Source: Macrostomum lignano
Lineage: Eukaryota
Assembly: GCA_002269645.1 (NCBI GenBank)
Contig: NIVC01000048.1
Span: 62,001-126,000 of the forward strand
Length of the DNA stretch: 64,000 nt
Direction of reading: 5' to 3'
How positions within the stretch are numbered: position 1 is the stretch's first letter; each line of letters starts with the position of its first letter. Under the pieces are notes generated by a model that ran no database searches, was not told the origin of the DNA, and was given only the letters and a program-made list of their open reading frames with translations. Below, piece after piece: positions 12,388-22,720 of the stretch. The position numbers were made by a program, and so were the translations under genes.

Positions 12388-12613
12388 AAGATTGACAGAT
12401 ATTTTTAGATTTCCAAGGCTTATTGGGGGCATTGCTGAGATGTCAAGGGGGGAAGTTGATATGTTAAAGCTTGTGGGGGGGGGAAATTACTGACATGTCA
12501 AGGCTTACAAGTTTTGACAGGAGATTTTTTAAGATTTCAAGGATACATGTAGCTTATTTAAAAAACGTGTATTGCATTTCTTTGGCTCCCCAACGGGGGG
12601 CGTAGATTGCTAG

Positions 12614-12963
12614 TCTAAATATACTAAATCTCTAATATTTGTTTGTATGCTTGAATGTCCATAACGCTCTAGAGATTGCAATTCTTCACCGATTTTCATC
12701 GCGTTTTCGCCAAAAGATTCAAAATTGTCTGGAAAGAAGACAGTTAAAATTTCTTGTATCTGCTTCAATGCTAAAGGGATTAAATATTCGAAAAACTGTT
12801 TTAAATGGCCTTTTTCAATGCAAATTTTATCAGCGAGAAACTTCACTGCCAATTTTAATTGATTGCGCCAGAGCCAACTGATAAGAAAACTCACTCCGCT
12901 CCACTTAAAGGGGGGCAATAAAAAAATTATTCTGGCTGCTGGCAGCCAGCTCTAATTAGCTAG
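12614..12963 (+). mobile_element. Short non-autonomous Helitron unit 4 (distinct family, 350 bp)
   Basis: Starts TCTAAATATAC; 3' perfect hairpin CTGGCTGC-TG-GCAGCCAG followed by ...AGCTAG. Confidence 0.8.
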
Positions 12964-15900
12964 TCCTATATACTAAAAATGAGTTGTCTGTATGTATGTA
13001 TGTATGTTTGTATATGGGTATGCGATAGATTTCAGAAAAAACGGCTCAACCGATTTTCTTCAAACTTGCACTATTCGATCAGAAATTTTCCTGGGACGGT
13101 ACATGCATCTTGGCTAAGAAATTGCTCAGTGTTAAAGGGATTAAATATTCGAAAAACATGCTTTTTTGCAAAGGTCAAGCAGCTCTTTCGACCTGAAATG
13201 CATTGTAAGAATGCTAGAGAAAAAACTGACTGACTGAATTCTGATTGTGATAAAGATTGCATCACAACAAGTTGAAAACAGTGCCGAAGAAATGCACACA
13301 CGACTTGATTTAAATTGCGTAACCAATATTGCTAACTCAAATTGAGACTGATACTGGCTGACTGAGAAATTGATTATGTCATAACTTTTTACTTCAATTG
13401 ACTTGCAGTAAGAATTGAATTATAAGGGCCACAATTCATGTTCTTCAATTGAAAAGAGATAGCCCTGATGCGAACAGACTGGAATGCTAATGTAGCGACC
13501 TGGGTTCGAATCTTAGTAGTGCAAAAAGATTTTTTTATCAAAACACCTTAAAAACACAACAAAACTGCTAAACTTAATAGAAGCGCAATGTCAAACATAG
13601 AAGAGCCACCATGTCGAACATTAAAGAGCCAACATTTCAAATATAAAAGAGTTACCATGCCAAACATAAAATAAGCACTATGTCAAATATATACGTGACT
13701 CCATGTCAACGATTAAAAAGCCACAATGTCAAACATTTAAGAGCCACCATGTCAAACATTTAAGAGCCACCATGTCTAACATTAAAGAGCCACCATGTCG
13801 AAAATTAAAGAGCCACCATGTCCAACATATATGTGACTTCATGTCAAACATTCAAGAGCCACTATGTCAAAACATAAAAGTGCCATCATGTCAAACCTAA
13901 AAGAGCCACCATGTCAAACATAAAAGAGCCACCATTTCGAAAATTAAAGAGCCACTTTGTCTAACATTAAAGAGCCACCATGTCAAACATAAAAGAGCCA
14001 CCATGTCAAACATAAAAGAGCCACCATGTCAAACAATAAAAAGCCACTTTGTCTAACATTAAAGAGCCACCATGTCAAACATAGAAGAGCCACCATGTCA
14101 GACATTGAAAAGCCACCGTATCAAACATAAAAGAGCCACCATGTCAACATAAAAGAGCCACCATGTCAAACATAAAGATACACAATTTCAAACGTAAAAG
14201 TAAGCGAATTTTAAAGGAGCCACTACAATGCTAAGGAAATTGTCGCACTAGCTACTTATTGTCTGGTGGATGCTTGCTATTTGGGGATGCTATCTATCTG
14301 GGGGATGCTTGCTCTCTGGAAGATGCTTGCTATCTGGGGGATGCTTGCTATTTGGGGGAAGCTTGCTATCTTGGGGATGCTTGCTTTCTGGGGGACGCTT
14401 GCTATCTGGGGGATGCTTGCTATCTGGGGGATGCTTGCTATCTGGGGGAAGCTTGCTATCTGGGGGATGCTTGCTATCTGGGGGATACTTGCTATCTAGG
14501 GGATGCTTGCTATCCGGGGGATGCTTGCAATCTGGGGGATGCTTGCTATCTGGGGGATGCTTGCTGTCTTAAGATGATTTCTTTTTGCATTGCACTTCAT
14601 TTAAGTATTTTGTCTGTTTTCTTTGTGATTGTGAATGCTTTATTTTGCTATCTTTTTGTCTAACCATGTCTAACATTAAAGAGCCACCATGTCGAAAATT
14701 AAAGAGCCACCATGTCCAACATATATGTGACTTCATGTCGACCATTAAAGAGCCACCATGTCTAACATTAAAGAGCCACCATGTCGAACATTAAAGAGCC
14801 ACCATGTCTAACATTAAAGAGCCACTATGTCGAACATTAAAGAGCCACCATGTCGAACATTAAAGAGCCAATATGTCCAACGTATATGTGACTTCATGTC
14901 AAACATTAAAGAGCCACCATGTCTAACATTAAAGAGCCATAATGTCAAACAATAAAGAGCCATCGTGTCGAACATTAAAGAGCCACCATGTCGAACATTA
15001 AAGAGCCACCATGTCGACCAGTAAAGAGCCACCATGTCAAACATTAAAGAGCCACCTTGTCTAACATTAAAGAGCCACCATGTCGAAAATTAAAGAGCCA
15101 CCATGTCCAACATATATGTGACTTCATGTCAAACATTAAAGAGCCATCGTGTCGAACATTAAAGAGCCACCATGTCTAACATTAAAGAGCCACAATTTCA
15201 AACATTAAAGAGCCATCATGTCGAACATTAAAGAGCCACCATGTCTAACATTAAAGAGCCACCATGTCGAACATTAAAGAGCCACCATGTCGAACATTAA
15301 AGAGCCACCATGTCTAACATAAAAGAGCCACCATGTCGAAAATTAAAGAGCCACCATGTCCAACATATATGTGACTTCATGTCAAACATTAAAGAGCCAC
15401 CATGTCTAACATTAAAGAGCCACCATGTCTAACATTAAAGAGCCACAATTTCAAACATTAAAGAGCCATCATGTCGAACATTAAAGAGCCACCATGTCTA
15501 ACATTAAAGAGCCACCATGTCTAACATTAAAGAGCCACCATGTCGAAAATTAAAGAGCCACCATGTCCAACATATATGTGACTTCATGTCAAACATTAAA
15601 GAGCCACCATGTCTAACATTAAAGAGCCACCATGTCTAACATTAAAGAGCCACAATTTCAAACATTAAAGAGCCATCATGTCGAACATTAAAGAGCCACC
15701 ATGTCTAACATTAAAGAGCCACCATGTCGAACATTAAAGAGCCACCATGTCGAACATTAAAGAGCCACCATGTCAAACATAAAAGAGCCACCATTTCTAA
15801 CATTAAAGAGCCACCATGTATAAAATTAAAGAGCCACCATGTCGAACATTAAAGAGCCACCATGTCGAACATTAAAGAGCCACCATGTCCAACATATTTG

Positions 15901-17253
15901 TGACTTAATGTCAAACATTAAAGAGCCACCATGTCTAACATTAAAGAGCCACCATGTCGAACATTAAAGAGCCACCATGTCCAACATATATGTGACTTCA
16001 TGTCAAACATTAAAGAGCCATCATGTCGAACATAAAAGAGCCACCGTGTCTAACATAAAAGGACCACCATGTCAAACATTAAAGAGGCACCATGTCAAAA
16101 ATTAACAGCCACCATGTCTAAGATTAAAGAGCCACCATGTCGAACATTATAGAGCCACCATGTCGAATAATAAAGAGCCACCATGTCGAACATTAAAGAG
16201 CCACCATGTCGAACATAAAAGAGCCAGCATGTCAAACATAAAAGGACCACCATGTCAAACAATTAAGAGGCACCATGTCGAACATTAAAAAGCCACCATG
16301 TCGAACATTAAAGAGCCACCATGTCTAACATTAAACAGCCACCATGTCTAACATTAAAGAGCCACCATGTCGAACATTAAAGAGCCACCATGTCTAACAT
16401 TATAGAGCCACCATGTCGAATATCAAAGAGCCACCACGTCAAACATTAAAGAGCCACCATGTCAAATATTAAAGAGCCACCATTTCAAACATTAAAAAGC
16501 CATCATTACAGACATTAAGGTGCCACCAGGTCAAACATTAAAGAGCCACCATGTCTAACATTAACCAGTCACCATGTCAAGTATATTCGTGACTCCATGT
16601 CAAACATCAAAGAGCCATCATGCCAAACATATAAGAGCCACCATGTCGAAAAAAAGCCACCACGTAGAACATTAAAGAGCCACCATGTCAAACATAAAAG
16701 AGCCAACATGTCAAACATTAAAGAGCCACCATGTCGAAGATTAAAGAGCCACCATGTCAAACATTAAAGAGCCACCATGTCAAATATTAAAGAGCCACCA
16801 TTTCAAACATTAAAGAGCCATCATTACATTAAGGTGCCACCAGGTCAAACATAAAAGAGCTGCCATGTAGAACATAAAAGAGCCACCATGTCAAACATAA
16901 AAGAGCCACCATAAAAGATACACAATTTCAAACGTAAAAGTAAGCATCATGCCAATTTTAAAGGAACCACTGTAGAGCTAAGGAAATTGTTGCACTAGCT
17001 ACTTATTGTCTGGGGGATGCTTGCTATCTGGGGGATGCTTGCTATCTGGGGGATGCTTGCTATCTGGGGGATGCTTGCTATCTGGGGGATGCTTGTTGTC
17101 TTGGGAAAATTTCTTTTTACATTACACTTTATTTGAGCAGTTTGTCTGTTGTCTTTGTGAAGGCTTTATTTGGCTGCATGTCTTTTTGTTACTTGTAGAG
17201 AACAGAGATTCTATCCAGATTTCCCCCAACGGGGGGGGGGCGAAGATTGCTAG
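12964..17253 (+). mobile_element. Non-autonomous Helitron unit 5 (subfamily A) with internally duplicated satellite module
   Basis: 5' ~600 bp homologous to unit 1; 23-bp A arrays at ~13585-14180 and ~14665-16910; 18-bp arrays at ~14260-14570 and ~17006-17100; 3' CCCCCAACGGGGGGGGGG + CGAAGATTGCTAG. Confidence 0.88.
14260..14570 (+). repeat. 18-bp minisatellite (GGGGGATGCTTGCTATCT)
   Basis: Tandem units; reverse complement of the unit forming the 52990-56020 array. Confidence 0.93.
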
Positions 17254-19349
17254 TTTAAAGCTAAAATCGAACATTCATGATCTAACAATATTTTGTCACA
17301 ACGCAAAGAACTATGACATGCATTTAATAGTTGAAAAAATCGGTATGATTCCAGACATACACCTTGACTGCATCGCAGAGAACAAGGAGAAGTTTAAGTG
17401 TGTTGATATTAAACAGGATAATTCGGGTACAGGTAAAATAAGACTGAAGGATTCATATCAATTTCTAGCTGCCAGTCTAGACGAACTAAGCAAGAATCTA
17501 AAAGATGAACAATGTACATATACAAAGATGTTTGCAAGTAAAATTTACAACAGTGATGAATCATTTAAACTCCTGAGAACCAAAGGCTTCTACCCCTATG
17601 AAAATATTACTGGGTATTACGGATTTGAAGAAGGTTTACCACCACAGGAGAAGTTCTTTTCAAAGCTAACAGACTCTGGAATCTCTGACAAAGACTATGA
17701 GCACGCGAAGCATGTCTATAATTACTTTAATTGTCAAAACTTCTTCCAGTATCACCTGCTTTACCTCTTCACAGATGTGTTTCTGCTGGCCGATGTGTTT
17801 GAAACCTTCAGATATACCTGGTACACAGCATATGGCCTCGATCCAGAACATTATGTGTCTCTGCCTGCCACTAGCTGGGAATCTTTGCTTAAAATGAAAG
17901 GGGATCAAGATCCAGATTGGTACATTGAACTTCTTACAGACATTGACATGTACAATTTTGTCGAATCGTCAAAGCGAGGGGGAATCTCAATTTGCGTTAA
18001 CAGGTATGCAAAAGCAAACAATCCCTACATTGAATCTTACAATAAGGAGCAGCCCTCAAACTACATTACTTACTTGGACGCTAATAATCTCTACGGGTGG
18101 GCGATGAGTCAAGATCTTCCAGTTAGAGATTTTCGATGGCTACCTTCATCAGAATTTAAATGGGACTTTTCATTGGCTGCCATTTATGAGGTTGATGTTT
18201 ACATTCCACCAGAGCTTCACGACTATTTCTCTGACTTTCCACCCTTCCCAGAGAACATCAAGTGCCCGAAAATAATCGAAACTCCCAATAGAACTTGGCA
18301 CCTGTCAGGAACAGAAAAAGAACATACAGAGAAACTAACACAGAATCTAAACAACAAGACACGTTACAAAATCCATTACAAACTGCTTCAGTATTTTATC
18401 TCACTTGGTTGTAGGGTCACCAAAGTTCACAGGGCTCTTACATTTACAGAGGAAGCGTGGATGAAACCCTACGTTGATAAGAATACCCAGTTTAGGACCA
18501 AAGCAACCAACGACTTTGACAAGAACCTCTTTAAGTTGGCCAACAACTCTGTCTATGGCAAGACTCTTGAGAATGAGAGGAAAAGAACAAACCTGAAACT
18601 TGTTACCTCATCAGAGCCTGCTGTTATTCAGGCAAATATGTCAAAACCAACATTCAAAGAACTCCATATCTTTAATAGCTACCTAGGTGTGATCATATTT
18701 TTACAAAACCAAGGTGACGCTGCGCAAGCCGATCTATACAGGTGTCACTGTACTCGACGAATCAAAACGTCTGATGTACCAATTCTTCTATGGCATGAAG
18801 CAGCAGTACAAGGATAAAATGAAACTCTTGTACACTGACACAGACAGTTTTATTATGGACATTCAAACAGAAGACATTTATCAGGACATGCTGCAGCAAA
18901 AAGATTTGTTTGACTTGTCTGAGTATGATGAATCTTTCAGGACACAGAATGGCGATCAAGTGTTTGACGCCACTAACAAGAAAGTGATTGGGAAAATGAA
19001 GGACGAGATTGCTGGTGACATAATCACTGAATTCATTGGGTTGAGAGCAAAGTCCTATTTTGTAAAATGTGAGTCGTCAGACCCAATTAAAAAATCAAAG
19101 GGAATTCTTAAACGCGTGGTTAGGAAGGAAATTAATGAAGTTGAATACAGAGACGCCTTGAATTGCAACAAAAAGACATCACATGAGTTCTCAAAGCTAC
19201 AATCTAAAAACCATATTATTCACACAATTCAGCAAAAGAAGATTGGACTGTCAGGTGCAGATAACAAGAGATTCATTTTTGATGACAATATTAACAGTCT
19301 ACCGTTCGGGCACTGGAGATTGGGTTTAGGAGGTGGAAGTTGGGTTTAG
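17254..19349 (+). CDS. polB: Protein-primed DNA polymerase B, 3' part (ExoII/III and polymerase domain); +1 frameshift at ~18700
   Basis: HNAKNYDMH, YLFTDVFLLADVFE, motif A YLDANNLYGWAM, motif B KLANNSVYGK, motif C LYTDTDS, KVIGKMKDE. An extra T in the T5 run at 18698-18702 shifts GVIIF to YKTKVTLRKPIY. Confidence 0.93.
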
Positions 19350-19402
19350 GAGGTGGAGGTTAGGTTTAGGTTTAAGAGAAAGTTTAATAAACCTTATAAA
19401 AA

Positions 19403-19803
19403 ATGACAACAAATAACTTTCTTGGAGATTTGGCTAACGAACTGGAAATCCCAAACTTTAGAGGAATATTTATGAGGGACACTCTGCCTGATTTTCCTCT
19501 AAGAAAAGAATGTGGCATCATGAACTTTGACACCACTGATAAGCCAGGATCTCATTGGGTTTGCTGGGTGATTGATCCCGATCGCAAGCACAAGTGTTAT
19601 TACTTCGATAGCTATGGGACGGCAGTACCAGAAGAGCTAATAAATTATATGAAGGGAAAAATAATAAAAACATTTACCACTCAGACTTTATTCTTCAAGG
19701 TCTTAGCAGTGATATTTGCGGTGAGCTGTGCATGACTGTTTTGTATGCAATGACCAAAACACGAAAGACCTACAAGGAAATTATTCTTGGCTGTGTTTCA
19801 TAG
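19403..19803 (+). CDS. Adenain-like cysteine protease (-1 frameshift at A run ~19657-19661)
   Basis: GSHWVCW (catalytic His) and YYFDSYG; after the frameshift NIYHSDFILQGLSSDICGELC (Gln and catalytic Cys); stop at 19801-19803. Confidence 0.9.
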
Positions 19804-19807
19804 GGGT

Positions 19808-20464
19808 TCATTGTGCATTTCTCGTTGTCCTTTTTACCGAATTTCTTGCCGCATAATGTTGAAAAACTTTCTCGAGTTCATTTTTCAGCTGACTCATGTC
19901 ATCAGTACCGACCATGTTCAAGTTCATTCGAATTGGTTGTTCATAAAGATCCTGAATGGTTTTGAACTCATCCTCTGAAATGAACTTATCCTCGATTGCC
20001 CTTGAAATGTACCCTATGATTGAAGTGTGCACTCCTTTCTCTTTTACTTGCTTCTCCTGTAGCTGCTTTAGTTTTTTTCGCCTGTTTCGCGCTAATGCTC
20101 CAGTAATTGCTGAAATAAGTCCACATGCAGCACCTACTGAACCAAGTGGAATTGCGATTGGGGCTGTGATGGCTGGCAACACTGAGACAGCTGCAGCAGA
20201 CCCAGTTAGAACAGACACAGTTCCTAGAATCATATTGCTGTAGTCGAAAAATTTACAGTGGCTGTCATAGCGCTTAATTTTCTTTGTGTTGTGGAAAATA
20301 TTTTTTTCAAGATCATCGCGCATTTTTTGAATCTCCACCAGTCGAAACTGTTGAGAGTTACAAGTAATGACGGGGTAGAGTTTTTGTTGCTCATATTGGG
20401 GTGCACTAGGTGCACTAGGTGTTGTGGGAGCATTCTGATCATAAAGAGAATTTTGAGCATCTAT
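19808..20464 (-). CDS. Polinton conserved membrane protein (two hydrophobic helices + ISRAIEDKFISEDEF motif)
   Basis: The open frame extends upstream of the track ORF to 20464 (…QKLYPVITCNSQQFRLVEIQKMRDDLEK…). An ATA sits after AAAA where an ATG is expected. Confidence 0.7.
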   Translation of the reverse strand: MDAQNSLYDQNAPTTPSAPSAPQYEQQKLYPVITCNSQQFRLVEIQKMRDDLEKNIFHNTKKIKRYDSHCKFFDYSNMILGTVSVLTGSAAAVSVLPAITAPIAIPLGSVGAACGLISAITGALARNRRKKLKQLQEKQVKEKGVHTSIIGYISRAIEDKFISEDEFKTIQDLYEQPIRMNLNMVGTDDMSQLKNELEKVFQHYAARNSVKRTTRNAQ

Positions 20465-20573
20465 TTTTAGGGAATTTTAAAAAAAAAATCGGCAACTAGT
20501 TGGTGGTGGTTAGATTTGTTTTACGTTTGGTTGCTTTGTCTGCAATCACGGCAACGGGTCCCTTCGAATCTGC

Positions 20574-21308
20574 CTATTCATTGTCTGTGAGCTCCATTCT
20601 ACGCCTGATCTCAAACAAGTCGGTTGGATCACTTATTTCCCTTGTGGTCTGTGGTGCCTCTTCAGCGTCAATGTTTTTGAGATTATGCAAGCGTTCAAGA
20701 CGACCGATTCTTCTCACCGATTTCTGCCATTCGGTAAAAAATAAATCTACAAAGACTTTATTTGCAGTAATTCTTACTTTGATTTGATCATGCAACGCTG
20801 TTGACTGATTCATGAACTCTTCTAAATTCCTCACTTTACATGTGTTGGTTGCGACGTTTTTTTTAATTCTATCATGCAACGCTGTTGACTGGTTCATGAA
20901 CTCTTCAAAATTCCTCACTTTAACTGTGTTTGTGAAAACTCCTTCTTCAAGAATGCGCATCCGCCTATCAATGGAGTTTCTCAGAAGATTAATTGTCGAT
21001 GCTAAATTTGTTCTTAAGCCGTTGATTTGCGAGACCGCCGAAGTTATTTCTGACCTTAGTTCATTAGTTGCGTTTAACAACGGCACATAAAGCTTATCAC
21101 TTTCAAACTTCTACCTAGCTACTTTAAGCCTGAGATCTTCCATGTTTATTTGCAACTGGTGCATGGAGCGCTCTAATTGTTTCAGTCTGTTTTTATTCAG
21201 TTTGATCTCTGGGATCTCTTCATCAGTGTTAATGTAGCGCTTATCAAGGAAGGAAGTTGTGAGAGTGCTGTTGCCTGTAGTTGACTCACCTGCAAAATTA
21301 ATAGACAT
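20574..21308 (-). pseudogene. Coiled-coil protein with 28-aa internal duplication; one in-frame TAG at 21111-21113
   Basis: Track ORFs 21111-21308 and 20574-21086 are in the same frame (VAR*KFESDKLYVPLL). An 84-bp direct repeat encodes NTxKVRNxEEFMNQSTALHD twice. Confidence 0.7.
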
Positions 21309-21324
21309 TTTTTTAAATAAAAAA

Positions 21325-22125
21325 TTAAAGTAAAATTCTTTTCTCCTTATTAATCATGACAAACTGATAGGGTTGGTTCCACTTTTCATAGCATATGTTA
21401 ACAAATTCCTCCTGTGATATTGTTCTGTTAGAGTTCTTAGCTGGATATGTAATGTGAGCTGGGGCAATGACCTCATTATAAAATCGTTTCAGTCGATCTT
21501 GTGGTATGGTTGGGAAAGGAGAATCAAATTACAGTTACCTCTAATTGTTTTATTTGGCAGTTCAAACCAGTTTTGGGCAATGTAAATAACATTGCAATTA
21601 TTATGTCTACCCCGGGTGAAATAATTTTCTATCTGTTTCTGGGGACTGGTCATGCAGTCATCAAAGACAATCAGGTGCTTTCTCCCCTTTTCTAGTTCAT
21701 CAGGTTGAGGTAAGAGTTTAGTTTTAGGATCTATCTGTGGATCTCCATAAGTGAAAACTTTAATGTTTTGCCATTTTTCATTGTCTGGGATGTGCTTTGC
21801 GTATTCAGTGGCTACAACTTCCGGGTTGCTGTTGAGGTCTTTTTGATGTCTAAAACATTGAATAATATCTTCCTTGTTGAGTTTGTTCTGTAGGCCCGCT
21901 ACTAGCATTTTATACTCATCTTGATACAGAGTGGGTGAATAGATATGTAGTGTGTCATAATCGAGGAATCCAGGTCTGAGGAGCATGTTAAAAAACTCTG
22001 AAGGTTTTCCCTGACCCAGATGAGCCAACAACAATGCATCGGAAGTGCCCTGGAATTATCTCGTTGTGAGCAAATTTTATCTGATTGCGTGTCCAGTGGG
22101 GATGAAAGTCGTTTGTGAAGTCCAT
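21325..22125 (-). CDS. A32/FtsK-like genome-packaging ATPase (two homopolymer frameshifts)
   Basis: ATG at 22125 gives ...FRCIVVGSSGSGKTFRVF (Walker A); shift at A6 21990-21995; HLIVFDDC (Walker B) and FTRGRHNNCNVIYIAQ; second shift at 21515-21517 to ...SQEEFVNICYEKWNQPYQFVMINKEKRILL*. Confidence 0.92.
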
Positions 22126-22323
22126 TTTTTTATGTAAAAAAACTTTTTCTTTTTAAACTTGTGTATTTAAGACGCGTGTGTCTTTTTTCGGGATGTGTAT
22201 GTGTGTGTCTCTTTGCGGGATGTGTGTGTCTTTTTTTCGGGTTGTGTGTGTCTTTTTTCGACTAGTCCTACATCCGACTAGTCCTACACCCTCACACCTC
22301 TTTTACCGTCAGGGTGCACCAAA

Positions 22324-22704
22324 TTAGTCAAATTTAAAACCGCCTCCTTTTTTATATTCAGCTCTCATCTTTGCGTAGATGGCTGGATCGACACTATCTG
22401 CACTCGGTGCAAGGGGTTGAATATCTGGTATTGATTTCCGGGTTTCATTAACCGTATCTTTAATTTTTTTGGCTGCTGTGGCTACACTGCCAGCCGCTTC
22501 GGCAACGTTCTTGATGTTCTCTTTGTTCTCTCCAATGACCTTAAAAATCTTGGCCCCCTGAGCGATCAAATCGGCAAGGCCATTCCCAGAGCGTTCTTTT
22601 CTTGGATAGTGGCCTGCAGGGAAAAGTCCAGATCCACGTTTAATAAGATTAAGTTCCTCTTTGTCATAGTATTTGTCAATGTCTTTTTCGAAAATAAGTG
22701 GCAT
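22324..22704 (-). CDS. Putative virion core protein with GxG protease sites and amphipathic helix
   Basis: Probable start MPLIFEK (AAAA before ATG); KRGSGL, RSGNGLADLIAQGAKIFKVI, KKGGGF. Confidence 0.6.
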   Translation of the reverse strand: MPLIFEKDIDKYYDKEELNLIKRGSGLFPAGHYPRKERSGNGLADLIAQGAKIFKVIGENKENIKNVAEAAGSVATAAKKIKDTVNETRKSIPDIQPLAPSADSVDPAIYAKMRAEYKKGGGFKFD

Positions 22705-22720
22705 TTTTACTTGAAATAAA

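Larger units (their letters stand above)
10101..12613 (+). mobile_element. Non-autonomous Helitron unit 3 (subfamily B) with a doubled 5' end
   Basis: TCCTATATCC stub at 10101, then TCCCATATACTAAAAATG at 10118; body homologous to unit 2; 3' CCCCAACGGGGGG + GATTGCTAG. Confidence 0.85.
4172..17253 (+). mobile_element. Stack of five head-to-tail non-autonomous Helitrons inserted in polB
   Basis: Begins TC (TCCTATATAC), ends hairpin + CTAG, sits between host A (4171) and T (17254), no target duplication. Confidence 0.92.

Noticed and set aside
14259-14663. YLGDAC-repeat ORFs in three frames
   Set aside because: Same 18-bp satellite artefact.
4765-16910. 23-bp arrays as CRISPR or spacer-acquisition arrays inside a viral gene
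   Set aside because: Units are directly adjacent with no unique spacers, there are no cas genes, and the context is eukaryotic.
17006-17253. N-terminal 83 codons of the 603-aa track ORF as part of polB
   Set aside because: They are Helitron 3' sequence. The polB frame resumes at 17254 and continues from 4171.
19315-19375. GGGTTTAGGAGGTGG duplication with TTTAGG units at the polB stop as a telomere-like signal
   Set aside because: Only a ~21-bp local duplication plus two units; too short to support function.
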